Source: the human T2T-CHM13v2.0 reference genome, Homo sapiens
Reading direction: 5' to 3' (one strand)
DNA length: 64,000 nt
Assembly (NCBI RefSeq): GCF_009914755.1
Contig: NC_060930.1
How positions within the stretch are numbered: position 1 is the first letter of the stretch; every line of letters begins with the position of its first letter. The position numbers and the translations under genes are program-made. Under the pieces are notes generated by a model. It was not told the DNA's origin and made no database searches. It saw only the letters and a list, made by a program, of their open reading frames with translations. Positions 15,078 to 33,207 of the stretch are shown here, in pieces.

Positions 15078-15717
15078 TGTAGGGCCTCAGAAAATCATAC
15101 CCCAAAATGAAGCCCTCAGAAACAAGAGTCTCTCTAACCTTCTGCTGCCCTCCTGTCCCTGGTCCCTCATCCTCCCCAAGGCCAGCCAAAGAAACTAGAA
15201 TCCTTCTTTCCCAAGGCAGGTCATAGAGACTGAACCCCTTTTCCCAAAGCCAGCCATAAAACCTAAAAATATCATTCTAACACCTCCCCCACCTTTCTGT
15301 TTAAAAACTGGCCATAAAGAAATGATCTCACCTACCTTGTTAGACTGTAGGTCATAAGACCCCTATTCCAGAGAGGGCCCTGCCCCATACCCAAAAGTCA
15401 GGAATGCTACACAAAGAGGCCAAGAATAATCTGAACAGACAAGCCTTGCTCTGTTTCCCGACCCAGTCTATTACCATTAGGTCATACTTTTTTTGTTCAA
15501 TCATATTTCTACATAGTTGTCCACACTTTGTTTGAACCTATAAATAAACATAGACAGTTTCCCCATATCTTTGGGTCTTCGTTCTGAAGACTCCCATGTC
15601 ACATAAAACTATGATCAAATAAATTTGTATGCCTTTTTTCCAATTAATCTGCCTTTTGTCAGTGATTTTCAATGAGCCTTCAGAGGGTGATGGGGAAGGT
15701 TTCCCTTTGCTCCTACG
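15078..15717 (+). mobile_element. MER39-like ERV1 solo LTR
   Basis: Start 'tgtagggcctcagaaaatcataccccaaaatgaag'; U5 'aattaatctgccttttgtcagtgattttc'. Confidence 0.65.
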
Positions 15718-15784
15718 CTTTCAAGTCTGCTCAAATGTCACCTTCCTAATGAGATGTACTGCTTTAAAAATTTGCCACTGTCTC

Positions 15785-16098
15785 GGCCAGGCATGATGGC
15801 TCACACCTGTAATCCCAGCACATTGAGAAGCCAAGGTAGGCGGATCACTTGAGGCCAGGAGTTTGAGACCAGCCTGGCCAACATGGTGAAACCCCCTCTC
15901 TACCAAAAATACAAGAATGAGCCTGGCGTGGTGGCGGGCCCCTGTAATCCCAGCTACTCGGGAGGCTGAGGCAAGAGAAATCACTTGAACCTGGGAGACA
16001 GAGGAGGTTGTGGTTAGCCGAGATCGTGCCACAGCACTCCAGCCTGGGTGACAGAGCAAGACTCCATCTCAAAAATAAATAAATAAATAAATAAATAA
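15785..16098 (+). mobile_element. Alu with (TAAA)n tail
   Basis: Alu consensus match; TSD ttgccact. Confidence 0.95.
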
Positions 16099-17182
16099 TT
16101 GCCACTCTCCTGTAAAACCCCCATTCCTGATCCCCCTTACCCTGCTCTATTATTTTTAGTACTTACCACCTTATCAATGGTGCTGATTGTTTAGCCCAAC
16201 CAGAGTGTAAGCTTCGTGAGTGCATGAGGGCAGTGACCTCTGTTTTGATCCCTACTCTATTCCTATCACTTGGAAGAGTGTCTAACACAGTGTAACAGCG
16301 CAGTAAGTATTTGATGAATGAATAAATAAGTAAATAAATATAATTGGTTTATACCAATAAGCAATCAAGGATGGCTTCAAGGCTCGGGGACCTACCAGTG
16401 CCAGGAGCAGCCATTGTGAGCTGGGCTGTGAGGAGCTAGACTTACCCCATGACAGATGCCAGCTGGGGCTCCGAGTCAAGCTCCGGGGCACCAGACACAC
16501 AGACTTTTATCTTCATTATTAATCTGCTTTGCAGCAGGACAAAGGCAAGGACATTAAAGTTGACACAATTCAACGACAACTCCTACAGCATTGGTGCTTC
16601 TCTTTGTTCGATGGCTGGAAATGCAGCAGGCCCCAAGCTCCAAGCCAGATGAGGGCAGTGGATGGTTTCAACAAAAATCTTGGATATATGGGATAAACTC
16701 AAGTGTGGACACGTTTTATAAATTCCTTTCAGGAGGTCTGAGTGCCGAAGCAACTGGACTCCAACACAGTGTCTGGCAGCAGTAGGCAAGGTGGAAAGGA
16801 AAGCCAGGGGGAACCTCAGGGGTCTCTTCATCTTTTCTGGGGAGAAATGTTTACCTCTGCACTCTCAAGGTAAGAACAAGCAATGTTTACCCCTTTCACC
16901 GTGAATCAGGAACAAATGTACCTAATGCTGCAGTTACAGGGCCTCACCAGGAGCCGAAACCCAGCCCTGAAAATGAGCACGGTGAGAACTGTGAGAAAGA
17001 GGGATCAATAAGCTCTGTGGCTGGGTGGTCTGTGAGGGGGGCGCTGCACACATAAGAAAATTGAGCTTTTCTCAGCTTTGAACTTAAAATACCTGAAGGG
17101 AACGACGATAGAACACAGGATACATTTCACTGAGTGGCCCTACAAACAGCGCAGTTAATTCTGCTTGCTTGTGTTTTGTGTG

Positions 17183-17183
<1 letters not shown>

Positions 17184-17226
<43 letters not shown>
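17184..17226. repeat. (TG)~20 microsatellite
   Basis: Direct reading. Confidence 0.95.
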
Positions 17227-17229
<3 letters not shown>

Positions 17230-17245
17230 ATGTATGAAAGTATAA

Positions 17246-17543
17246 GCCAGGTGTGTTGGCTCACATCTGTAATCCAAGCACTTTGGGAGGTTGAGGTGGG
17301 AGGATCACTTGAGCCCAGGAGTTTGAGACCAGCCTGAGCAACACATAAGGAGACCCCATCTCTACAATAAATAAATAAATAAAATTAGCCAGGTATGGTG
17401 GTGCACGCCTGTGGTCCCAGCTACTCAGGAGGCTGAGGTGGGAGGATTGCTTGAACCCGGGAGGCAGAGGCTGCAGTGGGCTGTGATCGTGCCACTGCAC
17501 TCCAGCCTTGGTGACAGAGCAAGACCCTGTCTCCATAAAAAAA
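17246..17543 (+). mobile_element. Alu (AluJ-like)
   Basis: 'gagcccaggagtttgagacc' and 'gaggtgggaggattgcttg' J-type positions. Confidence 0.93.
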
Positions 17544-17618
17544 AGTATGAGTGTGCATATATAATACATATATATTATATATTTGTAGAAGAAAATTGCT
17601 ATTTTTCAAGATAATCAA

Positions 17619-18050
17619 ATGTTGTGAATTGAATTATGGCCACCCCCGCCCCACACACCAAAAACATTTATGTGTTGAACTTCTAACCCTGTGTTCCTCA
17701 GAATGTGACCTGATTTAGAGATGGTATCCTTACAAAGGTAAGAAGTTAAAACAAGGTCATCAGAGCAGGCCCAAATCCAATATGACCAATTTCCTTATAA
17801 AAAGATGATATTTAGACTCTGGCATACATAGAGGAAAGATGACGTGAGGAGACACAGGGAGAAGGTGGCCATGCACACACTAAGGACAGAGGCCTGGAAC
17901 AGATCCTTCCCTCACAGCCCACAGAAGGAACAAGCCCTGCCAACACCTTGATCTCAGGCTTCTACCTCCAGAACACTGAGACAACACATTTCTGTTATGG
18001 AAGCCACCCAGTCACAGCACTTTGTTATGACAGCCCTAGGAAACTGATAG
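17619..18050 (+). mobile_element. MLT1 LTR
   Basis: 'ggcctggaacagatccttccctcacagccc...gccaacaccttgatctc'. Confidence 0.8.
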
Positions 18051-19096
18051 ATCAAGAAAAGTACATTCCACTGTGTAGTTAATACTCTAATCCCGCCTCA
18101 GCTTACTTCATAGCTATTTCAAAACTCACTTTGACCTGATCTTTCAGGTTATGTAGCAATGGGCCATGGTGGGCACTGCCAAAGCCCCAAATACTGATTT
18201 CAGTGTTCAGCATGTTACAAAAGGCTGTCATTCACCAGGAGAGCTTCTTCGCATTACCTATGGCTGCCTTCACTCATCCTCCATTTCCCTTTCAACCAGG
18301 ACTTTCACTCAAAACTTGGAAAAACTTATCAATGCCTCCAACATCCCCCACCCCCTACCCCATCCCTCCTCCCCAAGTCTCCCTTGAAGAATATGCTTGA
18401 CGAGTGATTCCTTTTGGCAAAACCAGATTACTCTTTTTCTCAATTCTCCCTGAACCATAAATTCATGCCTTTAGGGGTGGGCCTTCCACAGCCCATTCCA
18501 CAGCAGATTTATTGCCCACTCCAGCTTCCTTTTGCACTACTTAATCTGCTGTATTTTAATTGGGTAATAAAACTCTGTGTGCCACCCAGAAAAATTCCAG
18601 AGCAAGCAATCATCAGGGACGTCTCTCAGCAGCCAATTTCTAATTATTTATTCAAGCCCAAAGCCTAATTCCACCCCTGAGTGTGGTGGTTCTGAGCTGC
18701 TGCACTCCCTGTGTAGAGCCAGAGCCAGAGCGTGGTGGGGGTGAGTGGCCAACACTGGAGCGCATCCCTGGACAGGAGACTCTCTGAGGCAGGAAGGTGT
18801 GAATGTATGGGAGGAGCTCTTCTCTGTGATTAGGCAAATAGGAGGAGTGCCTTGGGGCTTTCCCTTGTCAGGCCCCATGTTACTCAGAAATGAGACTGCC
18901 ACAATTAATAAGGGAGTGTCCTCCACTAGGTCATGCTTTAGAAAAAAAAGAGACTAGCCAGCTACCAGCTACCAGGACAACTGGATAGGCATCTGTTCCA
19001 TTTCATTCCATTCATTTAGATGGAATTTACACAAGATAAATTTACGCAGGATAAATACCATCTAAATAAAAACATTATTAAAAAATTAGTATATTA

Positions 19097-20720
<1,624 letters not shown>

Positions 20721-20790
20721 TCTGTGAAGAATTTCATAGATAGGGTGAGAAAGACGGAGAGAACTCAGAGACTGATCATATACGTAGTGT

Positions 20791-20805
20791 GGTTTCCTGG
20801 CAACC
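20791..20805. promoter_or_regulatory. Candidate RFX X-box
   Basis: GGTTTCCTGGCAACC resembles the RFX palindrome GTT(G/T)CC-N-RGCAAC. Confidence 0.35.
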
Positions 20806-21437
20806 AAACCTCACCGAACCTCATTCCCTCCCTCCAGAGCCTATCGTGGTGATGATAGCCACAGGAGGTGGGGGTGGAGAGAGGAGAAGTGGGAAAGTGG
20901 GGGTACAGATTTAACCTGACCCCACCATCCGTGTAGTTCTGCTTTTAATACTACTGTCAAATGGAATTATACACACAACATTATTGTCAAAGGAAATTAA
21001 ACACAAAACACTGTGTTTGTATGTATGAAAGTTTATGGTTAAATGAATATTTTGCAACTCTGTTTTGTCATTTTCTATGTGTAAAAATATACCAGTAGCC
21101 TAAAATAAAGGAAGCAGCCTTTTATTTAATGGCCTCTTTGGATTCCTAAGAAAACCTACCCATGGATCTTTTGTCACATTTCCCTTTGTTCTTAAAACTT
21201 CCTCCTGAGTGTTGACTCTAGCCAAATTTCTCCAGAACACAAATATGACATGGGGCACTCACAGAAGCCTCTCCAGGAACTGCACTCCCCTAGGAGGCCC
21301 CGTCCCTCTAGTTGCAGCTCAGGGAAGTAAACAAGGCCAGATGCTGCTGCTTGCCCAAGGTATCCGTGCTGCTTCTTAGTGATTCAATATTCAACAGCTA
21401 TTTGGTGCAGCACTGCTTGGTAGGTATTTTAACACAC

Positions 21438-22139
21438 TGTCAACTGAAGAATCATGAGGTTGATAAATTTGGAAAGGAGAACTTTATTTCTCATAAAGGG
21501 TTGCAGTTTGCAAGGTAGCCGTTCTAACAGGCTGGGAAGTGTAGCTTCTGGTCAGAAGCCAGAAACAGCACTTCAAGGGAGGAGTAAAGGGAACAGGAAT
21601 TTATGCTGAGCAGCGTGACCGAATATACATATTGAATAAACTTTAAGACGAGTCATGAATAGTTACAAAAGGAGAAACACAACCCTGTGTAATTGAACTT
21701 TATGCTCTTCATGGATCCAAGGATGGAGTTTTGGGCCTTCTAATGTCAAAAGGCGAAGCAGAGGACATGAAGGTATTCAGTGCACATCATCTGTAGACTG
21801 GCCAGGACCACTCCACAGGCAGTGGTCTCTTATCAGGAAGGCAGGCTTATCAGTGTGTCAAAACCACAAAAAGGGAGGGGCAGTGTCAGGGAGTTGTTTG
21901 ATATCCACAGTGGAGTCTTTCAAAAGGGTTGGTTTCTGTTTAATCTTTAGGGAAGAAAGACTAATGGCAGTTATCAAGGGAGGGGGTATAATGAGGCATG
22001 TCTGACCTGTCAGACCTCCCATCCCATCATGGCCAGGAACTCAGGTTTCAAGGTTTCTTTGCAGTCCCCTTGGCCAAGATGGGATTCATTCAGTTACTTG
22101 GGGGGGGGTGGGGGTGGGGCTTAGGTTTTATTTTTCTCA
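21438..22139 (-). mobile_element. ERV1 MER4-group solo LTR (MER66-like)
   Basis: 'tgtcaactgaagaatcatgagg...gaactttatttctcataaagggttgcag' start; ends 'ttttctca'. Confidence 0.65.
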
Positions 22140-24150
22140 GTATTGAGAATTTTACCCATAGGGCTTTCTGAGGCAAAGCTTCCCATTTTGGTTCCATTGT
22201 TAAATGAAAGGTAAGAGATAGGAATTTGTCAGCAAAGAAAGGAAATTTGATGTCTTTTAAAAACAAAACATGGCATGAAGAAAGAATAACAAAATCAGAA
22301 TTCCTCTGGAAATTCACTCCCATTGGCATATATACTGTTTATTTAGGGTGTTGCACAACATAAAGAGGATTTAGCACCTGGCAGGAAAGACTGAGTGTTC
22401 CAAAGATGGAGTAAACATAAGATCCTATAAAGAATTGCTAGTGAAAGACTCCATCTGCTTTCTTTGGCTGGAGTGACTGGTCACAAGGCAATTTTGAAGA
22501 TGATTTTGAGTAGAAGAAGCCATATCCATGCACTGTTTGGTTTGGGGAGGGAGACCCAGGCCAGGGAAGAGGGGTTCAGCAAGTTCCAGGAGGTGAGGGC
22601 AGAAGCCCAGGAACTACACCATTCCACCCATGGCTCTGAAAACTTGGTAGAAGAAGCCCTCCATACTAACATGCACGAAGGCCCCAGCTCGCCTGCCCCA
22701 GCAATGCCAGCATCACCCTCCCTGCCCACCCGCTCTCTCACCTCGGCACTCTTACCAGGTTCTAGCACTGCTGCCTTGATGACTGCAGAGCTTCCAGCGG
22801 CCATCACAACAAAACCACAATCATTTTGCACCTAAGATGTAGAGCCTTGACCTTGGGGAGTCACAGAGATTACATTAAGAGATACAGAATGCAAGGAAAT
22901 GCCCACTGGGGTTTAATCCTCTTGGGCTGCTCAAGTCCTGAGGTCTTCATAAAAGCAAGTTACTATGAAGATGGGAGGCAGCCACTGTCTGGCCTTGATT
23001 GTCCTCATGGGCCTCTGGAGTGGAAGATGAACCTTTAAAGGGGCTAAGTGCACACCATGAGGAAGAGAGTTTTAAGTGTTATACTGTGGGAGGAAAAGGC
23101 TGAACAGAAATTCAAAAGGCTCGTCTAAGTGCCATATTGAAAGAAAGTGAGAAAGCATAAGTCAGGGACCAGGAACAAGTAAGGCCTTGGGAACTTTCTG
23201 GAATCTTTTTAATTTCCTCATGTTTGCTTCTTCTATTATCTTCCTAGTATACTTTCCAGTAACACAACCTTTTCAAAATGCCTAAAGCAAAAAGGATCTG
23301 TGTGTTTGCTTTGGGAACAACAGTTAATCATGGGCTGGGGCAGCCTGAAAGAAGAAGGAAAACCTGAGGAACAGGGTGAGTCAGGAAGCTTTGGACAGGA
23401 CACATAGTTGTCATAGAAGGAAGGAGAAGCAGCTGGGCCTGTTAGGTGACCCAGAAACTTAGTAATAAGGGAGTGGTTTCTCTGAAGTTTTTATTTTTAT
23501 GCCCTTCTACAGTTTTGTATATTTCTATATAACCTATTTTTTGTTTATAATCTACTTTATTCCATAAAATATTTAAGTAGTCTATAGGATATAAGAAATA
23601 TATTCAATAAAATATAAAGTCAAAAAAATGCAAAATGTTTTAAAAGGTTATGACCAGGAGAAAATTAGAACACGTGTTTGCATAAGGCCGTACTCTGTCA
23701 CTAAACAGAGGCTCAGATTTGTCTCTGAACTTCCAGGCGCCTGAGACAGAACAGAAATCAGATACGTTACCCGAATCTCATTGTTCACTAGAAGACAAAC
23801 AAACAATTGCTGAGGTAAAGTAAAAGATACTTATAGGACCTCACAGAGTGGTTGAAAAAAAAAAGTGACACCTCCACATTATCATCAAGAGGAAAGTTCA
23901 CAAAGTTGTCTCTTACATGCTAAGAGGATGACTCAAGATGTAACTCAGAGTTTCTGTGGGAACTCTCCCCTCCTCACCTAACTAGAAAGCGGCAGAGCCA
24001 GATTTGGAACACAGGTCCTGTGACCTCAGCTCCTGTTTGCTTTGTACCTCCTTTCACCTAGCTGTTTCCTACTTCTCTTGCAGTCTCAATTTAAACTTCA
24101 CTTCCTGAAAAAGACCTCTCTGGCCCTGGGCTGGACTAGGCCCCTGTTAG

Positions 24151-25012
<862 letters not shown>

Positions 25013-25094
25013 AATATATATGTATTTATGTATTTATATATATATATATATGTATTTATGTATTTATATATATATATATATATAAAAAGAAAAA

Positions 25095-26300
25095 ATAGAT
25101 GCTGAAAAAGCATTTACAAAATTCAACACCCATTCATGATGAAATCTCTCAGCAAACTAGGACTAGAAATAAACTTCCTCAACTTGACAAAGAACATCTG
25201 AGAAAAACTTATCATTAATATTAATATCATAGTTAATGGTGAAAGACTAAATGTTTTCTCCTGAAGGTCAGCAAGAATGTCCGTTCTAACCACTTCTATT
25301 CAACATTGTACCAGAGTTCCTAGCCTGTGAAATAAGGCAAGAAAAAAGAAATAAAAGGCACCCAGATTGAAAAGAAAAAAAATAACACTGCCTTTATCAC
25401 AGATAACATGATTATCAATGTAGAACGTCTTGAGATTGATTTTTTAAAATCTGTGCCTATTAGTAAATAAAACAAATATGAAAGACAAAAGGTTAATTCA
25501 TAAAAATTAACTGTATTTCTATAGAACAGTAATGAACAATTTGAAAATGAGTTAAGAAACAATAGAGTAAAATAACCTCAAAAATGTGAAATACTTATGG
25601 ATACATTTAACAAAATGTATATGCAAGACATATAAACTGAAAACTTCAAAACATTTCCTTGAGAAATTAAGAATGATCTAAACATATGGAGAGACATTCC
25701 TTGTTCATGGATTGGAAGACTCAATATTGTGAAGATATCAATTCCTCCCAAATGGATCTATAGATTCAAAATAATCCCAAATAAAATTCCAGAAAATTTT
25801 TTGTAGAACTTGACAAGCTAATTTTAAAACTTATATGGAAATACAAACGACATAGAATAGGCAAACAATTTTGAAAAAGAATAGTCAGAGGACTTATACA
25901 CGACCTGATTTCAAGATTTATTATAGGCCAGGAACAGTGGCTCATGCCTGTAATCCCAGCATTTTGGAAGGTCAAGGCAGGAAGATCACTTGAGCTCAGG
26001 AGTTTGAGTCCAGCCTGGGCAAGAGAGTGAGACCCTGTCTCAAATAAAGAGAAAGAAATAGAACCACAGATAATGCATGTGGTTAACTGACTTTCAACAA
26101 AGATGCCAGTTTAATTCAATGGAGAAAGAATAATCTTGTCAATAAGTGGTATTAGAATAATTGGATGATTCTTTGGGAAAAAAGAAACCTGGACTTTCAC
26201 CTCAAACCATATAAAAAAAAATAACTAAAATAGATCATAGACCAAAATGTAAAAGCTACAACTATAAAACAACTGGAAGAAAACAGAGGATAAAGTCTGT
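25095..26300 (+). mobile_element. L1M ORF2 fragments (with Alu monomer 25926-26045)
   Basis: 'gatgctgaaaaagcatt...aaaattcaacacccattcatgat' and 'gttcatggattggaagactcaatattg' RT-region motifs. Confidence 0.85.
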
Positions 26301-26305
26301 GTTCT

Positions 26306-26684
<379 letters not shown>

Positions 26685-27013
26685 TCAGTCTTCTCTGAGT
26701 CCCTTTCATTTTTCTTCTACTTGTAAAATAGAATCTGACAGTTCTTCCTCATACTTGCCTCCTTCTCTTTCCTTTTCCACACTCTCTCTCGGAGTGAAAA
26801 ACAAATGGTAACACAAAAGAAAAGGGCAGGGAGAACAATTGTCCTGAGGCAGGAGGTAAATGTCCAGTTCTTTTCCTCCTGCCTCACTCTTTGATACTAA
26901 TTTCATAAAGGAGTATTTGGGAGTGTGGGTGGGAAATGAAGGTCCTGTGTGATCATTAGGGCATGTACTAAGTTCTTAAAATGATACTAAATTCAACATT
27001 TGCATAATATGAC

Positions 27014-27771
27014 TGTGATGGTTACTTTTATATATCATCTTTCTGGCCACTGGATTCCCAGATGTTTGGTTAAACATTATTCTGGGTGTCTGTGAGGGTG
27101 TTTCTGGATGGCATCCACATTTGAATTAGTAAAATGAATAAAACGAATTGCCCTTATCAACATGGGTGGGCCTCATCCAACCTGTTGAAAGCCTAAATAG
27201 AACAAAAGGCACAGTAAGGGAGAGTTCATTCTCTCTACCTGATGATCTTTAAGCTGGGACATTGATCCTCTTTTGCCTTCAGACTTGCACTCAGACTGGA
27301 ACTTACAACATCTGCTCTCTTAGTTCTCAGGCCTTCGGACCCAGGCTAGAACTATACCATTGTTTCTGCTGGGCCTCCACCTTGTGACCACAGATCTTCG
27401 GGATTTCTTAGCCTCCATAATCACCTGAGCCAGTTCCTTAATTCTTTATAATAAATATCTTTTTATACAATACATATATATGATATGTATAAATAGAATA
27501 TATATAATATGTGATATGTATATATGGAATATATATTATAGGTATATTATATATAATATATGTATATAATAGATAATATATTATATATGACTATATAATA
27601 TATGCATATAATGTGTTATATATGAATATATTATATGTGATATATGAATATATTATATATTATATATGAATATACATTATATAGACAGAATATAGAATAT
27701 ACCATATATTCTATATATGCATATATTCTATATATACATATGGAAAACTAGAGTTGGAAAACTCTAATACA
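27014..27771 (+). mobile_element. MLT2 (ERVL) LTR with an expanded AT-rich low-complexity core (27445-27740)
   Basis: 'tgtgatggttactttta...aaacattattctgggtgtctgtgagggtgtttctgg'; ends 'ctaataca'. Confidence 0.75.
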
Positions 27772-30227
27772 AGGACTCAAATGTATACAAATCAAATCAA
27801 CTCCAAACAGGACTAAGTGTAAGCATATTTTGTTCCAGGCTTTGTAATTCTCCATACAGAGCTGTGGGACTTGGTTCTGCTTTGATCTCTTACCCCTAAT
27901 CTTTAGCAAAATGTTGAACGAGAAACTGGAGGTGTCTGAATGAGCTGCACATTCATCCCCATCTCCCTCATCTGTCATAAATCCATTCCATCAACTCCCC
28001 ACAGCATAAAATCCTCATAACAGTTAATCCTCTTCAGCCCAAAGAGAACCTCATGAGCCATATGTAAAATACAGTCTCATTTTGTTTTTCTTCTCCCTGT
28101 TTAATTATTCACTTCATTTAGTTTTATTTTTCTCTTTCTCATTGGGCAAAGACAACTTTGTATTTGGGTAAATTAGTCTGAGGTCTAATGATAAAGGAAA
28201 AACATTTCTCTTTGACATTTATTACTATGATGAAAATTCCCAAATGTGCCCCAACCCATTAATATTTATTTCTTATTACAAATAAGCTCAGATCTTTTCT
28301 CTCATTAAGCACCTAAGATAATCCCATTTTCCTGCCAAAATAATTCCTGTTGGTTTTCTGTTTAAGCCATTGCGGAGAGAAGCAGCTGCCAGTGTCAAAA
28401 GGAAACAGGTGGCCTTGGGAACATGCTTGCTCAGAGGAGTCGGTGTGTGTGTTTCCAAGGAAACTCTATTGCATTACACTTGGCTGCTGCATGTTGTACA
28501 TTTTCACATGTTTTATGTTTTTGTTTTTGTTTTTCCCCAGAATGTCCTTTCCTACCATTCCAGACTCCATCACAGCTGACTCCAGTCCATGGCATCGTTC
28601 TTCCAACCTGGAAGTGCCTCCTGAGGTTTTTCCTAATGGATCACTTTTCCTAATGGGAACCACTAATCGCTTTCCTTTCCAGCACTACGTTTTGACAACC
28701 AAATGAAAGCAGTGTCCATGGGATGTGAAAATATTTCTTTTCAGAGGCCTCTAAGCCACTGCATCTGGCACATCTGACCTGCCTCTGTCCATATGAAGGA
28801 AGAGGAAAGATTCCATTTTCTCATCCCACAAAAAATTACACAAAAACTCCAAGGCTATGCGTGGCTATGTAATGTAATCAATCATTTTCTTTCCTTTCCT
28901 CTTTATTTTTTCTTAATGTCTGCTCACATCTACTTCAGTTGTGGACTTGTTCTATTATGAAGCCTTCCTTTTTTAATATAAGGACTTGATATACATTGTA
29001 CTTTGGAAATGGAAGACCTTTTTGTAAAATAAGAATCAGCTGAGAGTAATACTTGTTTCTCACCTGACTAATGTGGTTTAGTGGATTTTGTGCCACTACA
29101 GGATTTTCTACCATAAATCCTGTCACCCTAGACTGGCTTTCTGGCAAAGTCTAAACAATTAATGACATTTAACATATTGTAGTTCACATGGACACGTTAG
29201 GGATTGCCACCAGCTTGAGAAATGGTTATAAAATTAAGTTTAATGTGATAGTTGCTTTCAATAGCCACTCATTTCCCACTGTTTATATTGGCTGCTAGTT
29301 CCCAAATATGATCCAGACATGGTCGGTGGTAATTAGCAAAATCTGTTAGCCATTTTGTATTTTTTATGTAATTCTTTATCTCAAGGCAGTTTCTTTCCTG
29401 TCAGAAAAAGAGCACAGCAATCCTAGGCATCATGGAATCCAGTGTCTCCATTTTACAGAGGGCTACTGAGGTCCAGACAATGTTTTAATGTTGGATAATC
29501 AAGTAAAGATGGCATCATAGCATTTGTGCACAGCCTTAACCATTTTCTTTCATCTGATCTTCACAAAAATCCCATGAAGTTGTGCAGGATCTGGATTTTT
29601 TTAAAAATCTTATGAGGTAGGTAAGACAACTGCTGTCATCACCCTGTATTAGTTAGGGCAAAGGCTGAGCTACTATATGGAGACTAACAATACAATGGCT
29701 TAAAGAGCAAAGAAATGTATTGCTCATTCACATAACAGTGTTGAGGCGAATGGTCGAGGTTGTGGACACAGTTCTGCTCCACACAGTCATTCGGGGATTG
29801 TGAGTCCTCCTGTAGCGCAGCTCCGCCATTCTCTCAGGTATTTTTATGGTCAAAATCTGGGAGGCCACAGATCCATCCCTGGCAGGAAGATGGCACAGAT
29901 GAAGGTTACCCACTGTTTTAAGACCTAGACCCAGAATTGCCATATATACCTTTCACTCACGTGCCACTGGAAAGAACATAGTCATGTGTTCCCACAGCCC
30001 CCCCTTGACTGCTGGGGGTGGGAAATGCAGGATAATGTATCCATGAAGAAGGGGAGAGTAGATTTTGGTGGATGACTAACAATTTTTACCATACTTCTCT
30101 CATTTTACAGGTGAGAAAATTAAAATTGAGAGAGGTAGCTTATAATACAGAAGTAATTAAGTAGTTTCACTTGCAAAATATTATATAATTTTGAATGGCA
30201 TGTATACAAAAAAAGAGTATGGTCAAT

Positions 30228-30959
<732 letters not shown>

Positions 30960-31239
30960 GTTAACAATTCCATAATCCCCCAAAATCTCCCCTAGATCCC
31001 TGATTACATGAAATGTACCTGGTATCTAATTGCACCTCTGTCAGTAACTTTAACATGCCTGACCATCAGCTCACTGCACATTAGAAATGGTATTGTTGCT
31101 ATTTCCCTCACACTGAGAGCATAGTAGGAAGTAACAACACATGTGGCTATGTGAAGTTTTTTGAAATTTTGAGCACCACCAGTCCACTATTTCTCCCACA
31201 GACCAGTATTTTCTCAGGAGGCCTAGGGACATAACTTTA

Positions 31240-31682
31240 TTTTATTTTTAAATTTTAAATAGAGATGGGGTCTCACCATGTGCCCAAGTTGGTCTCAAAC
31301 TCCTGGGCTCAGGGATTCACCCACTCGGCCTCCCAAAGGGTCAGGATTACAGGCATAAGCCATTGTGCCCAGCCAGGACATAACTTTATAAGAAGGCTAG
31401 GTGCAGTGGCTCATGCCTCTAATCCCAGCACTTTGGGAGGCCGAGGAGAGAGGATTGCTTGAGCCCAGGGGTTGAAGACCAGCCTGGGCAATGTGGCAAA
31501 ACCCCATCTCTACAAAAAAATACAAAAATTATTCGGATATGGTGGTGTGTGCCTGTGGTCCCAGCTACTCAGGAGGCTAAGGTGGGAGGATCTCTTGAGC
31601 CCAGGAGTTGGGGGCTGCAGTGAGCAAAATTGCACCACTGCACTCCTGCCTGGGCAACAAAGTAAAAAAAAAAAAAAAAAAA
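31240..31682. mobile_element. Antisense Alu monomer (31240-31375) head-to-head with a sense AluJ-like (31395-31682)
   Basis: Alu consensus matches; monomer TSD ggacataactttat. Confidence 0.9.
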
Positions 31683-32269
31683 GCAAGAAGAAGAAGAAGA
31701 AGAAGGAAAAGGAAAAGGGATGGGAAAGGAAAAAGCAAAGGTGAGAGAAGGGTTTTTCCATGCTACCTCTCTCACCTTTCCAAATGCCCACTGTAAAAGC
31801 ATTGCATTTTGCCTAGCATTTTTCTCATCAAAAATTAACTAAGTGTCTTCTACCGTATTAGCTGTGGTATCCAGCTAAGGGTATGAACATCAGCTAAAGC
31901 CGACTTTAAATTAGAGTGCTTGGAAGCATTAGCTTCCAGGTGTTTTACCAGCTGACAAAGAGGGATGATTTCAAAAATCAATGTCAATAATTTCCAGTCA
32001 TTTCCTTAAAAATTACTTTCCATCTACACATTGCATAGTGTTCTGGAAAGTGGTGTGTTGTGTTTCACTCTCTTCTGTTCTGCCAGCAAAACCCTGAAAC
32101 CTGCATCCTGCTCATCTACTAGGGCTGTTTAGTTTGATGTGACTATCTATGTGTCCTTGAGTTTGGGCTCTCCTCCTAACCCAGGCTGACTGCCTGCTCC
32201 ATCCCCGAGGATCCTGCTCTCCTTCCACCATCGTTACCTTCTTTGTACCTTCTCTGTTACCCAAATTAA

Positions 32270-33207
<938 letters not shown>

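Larger units (their letters stand above)
14380..16330 (+). mobile_element. L2 fragment split by an LTR and an Alu
   Basis: 'ccttgcaaatatatccagaatctgaccacttctcacc' and 3' end 'agtatttgatgaatgaat' are typical of L2. Confidence 0.7.

Noticed and set aside
17028-17046. Possible CTCF site (..GAGGGGGGCGCTG)
   Set aside because: Only the 3' half matches; the CC(A/G)(C/G)(C/T)AG 5' core is absent.
22464-22835. Overlapping 123-aa and 116-aa ORFs on opposite strands in unique sequence
   Set aside because: No recognisable homology or exon structure; consistent with chance in a locally GC-richer patch.
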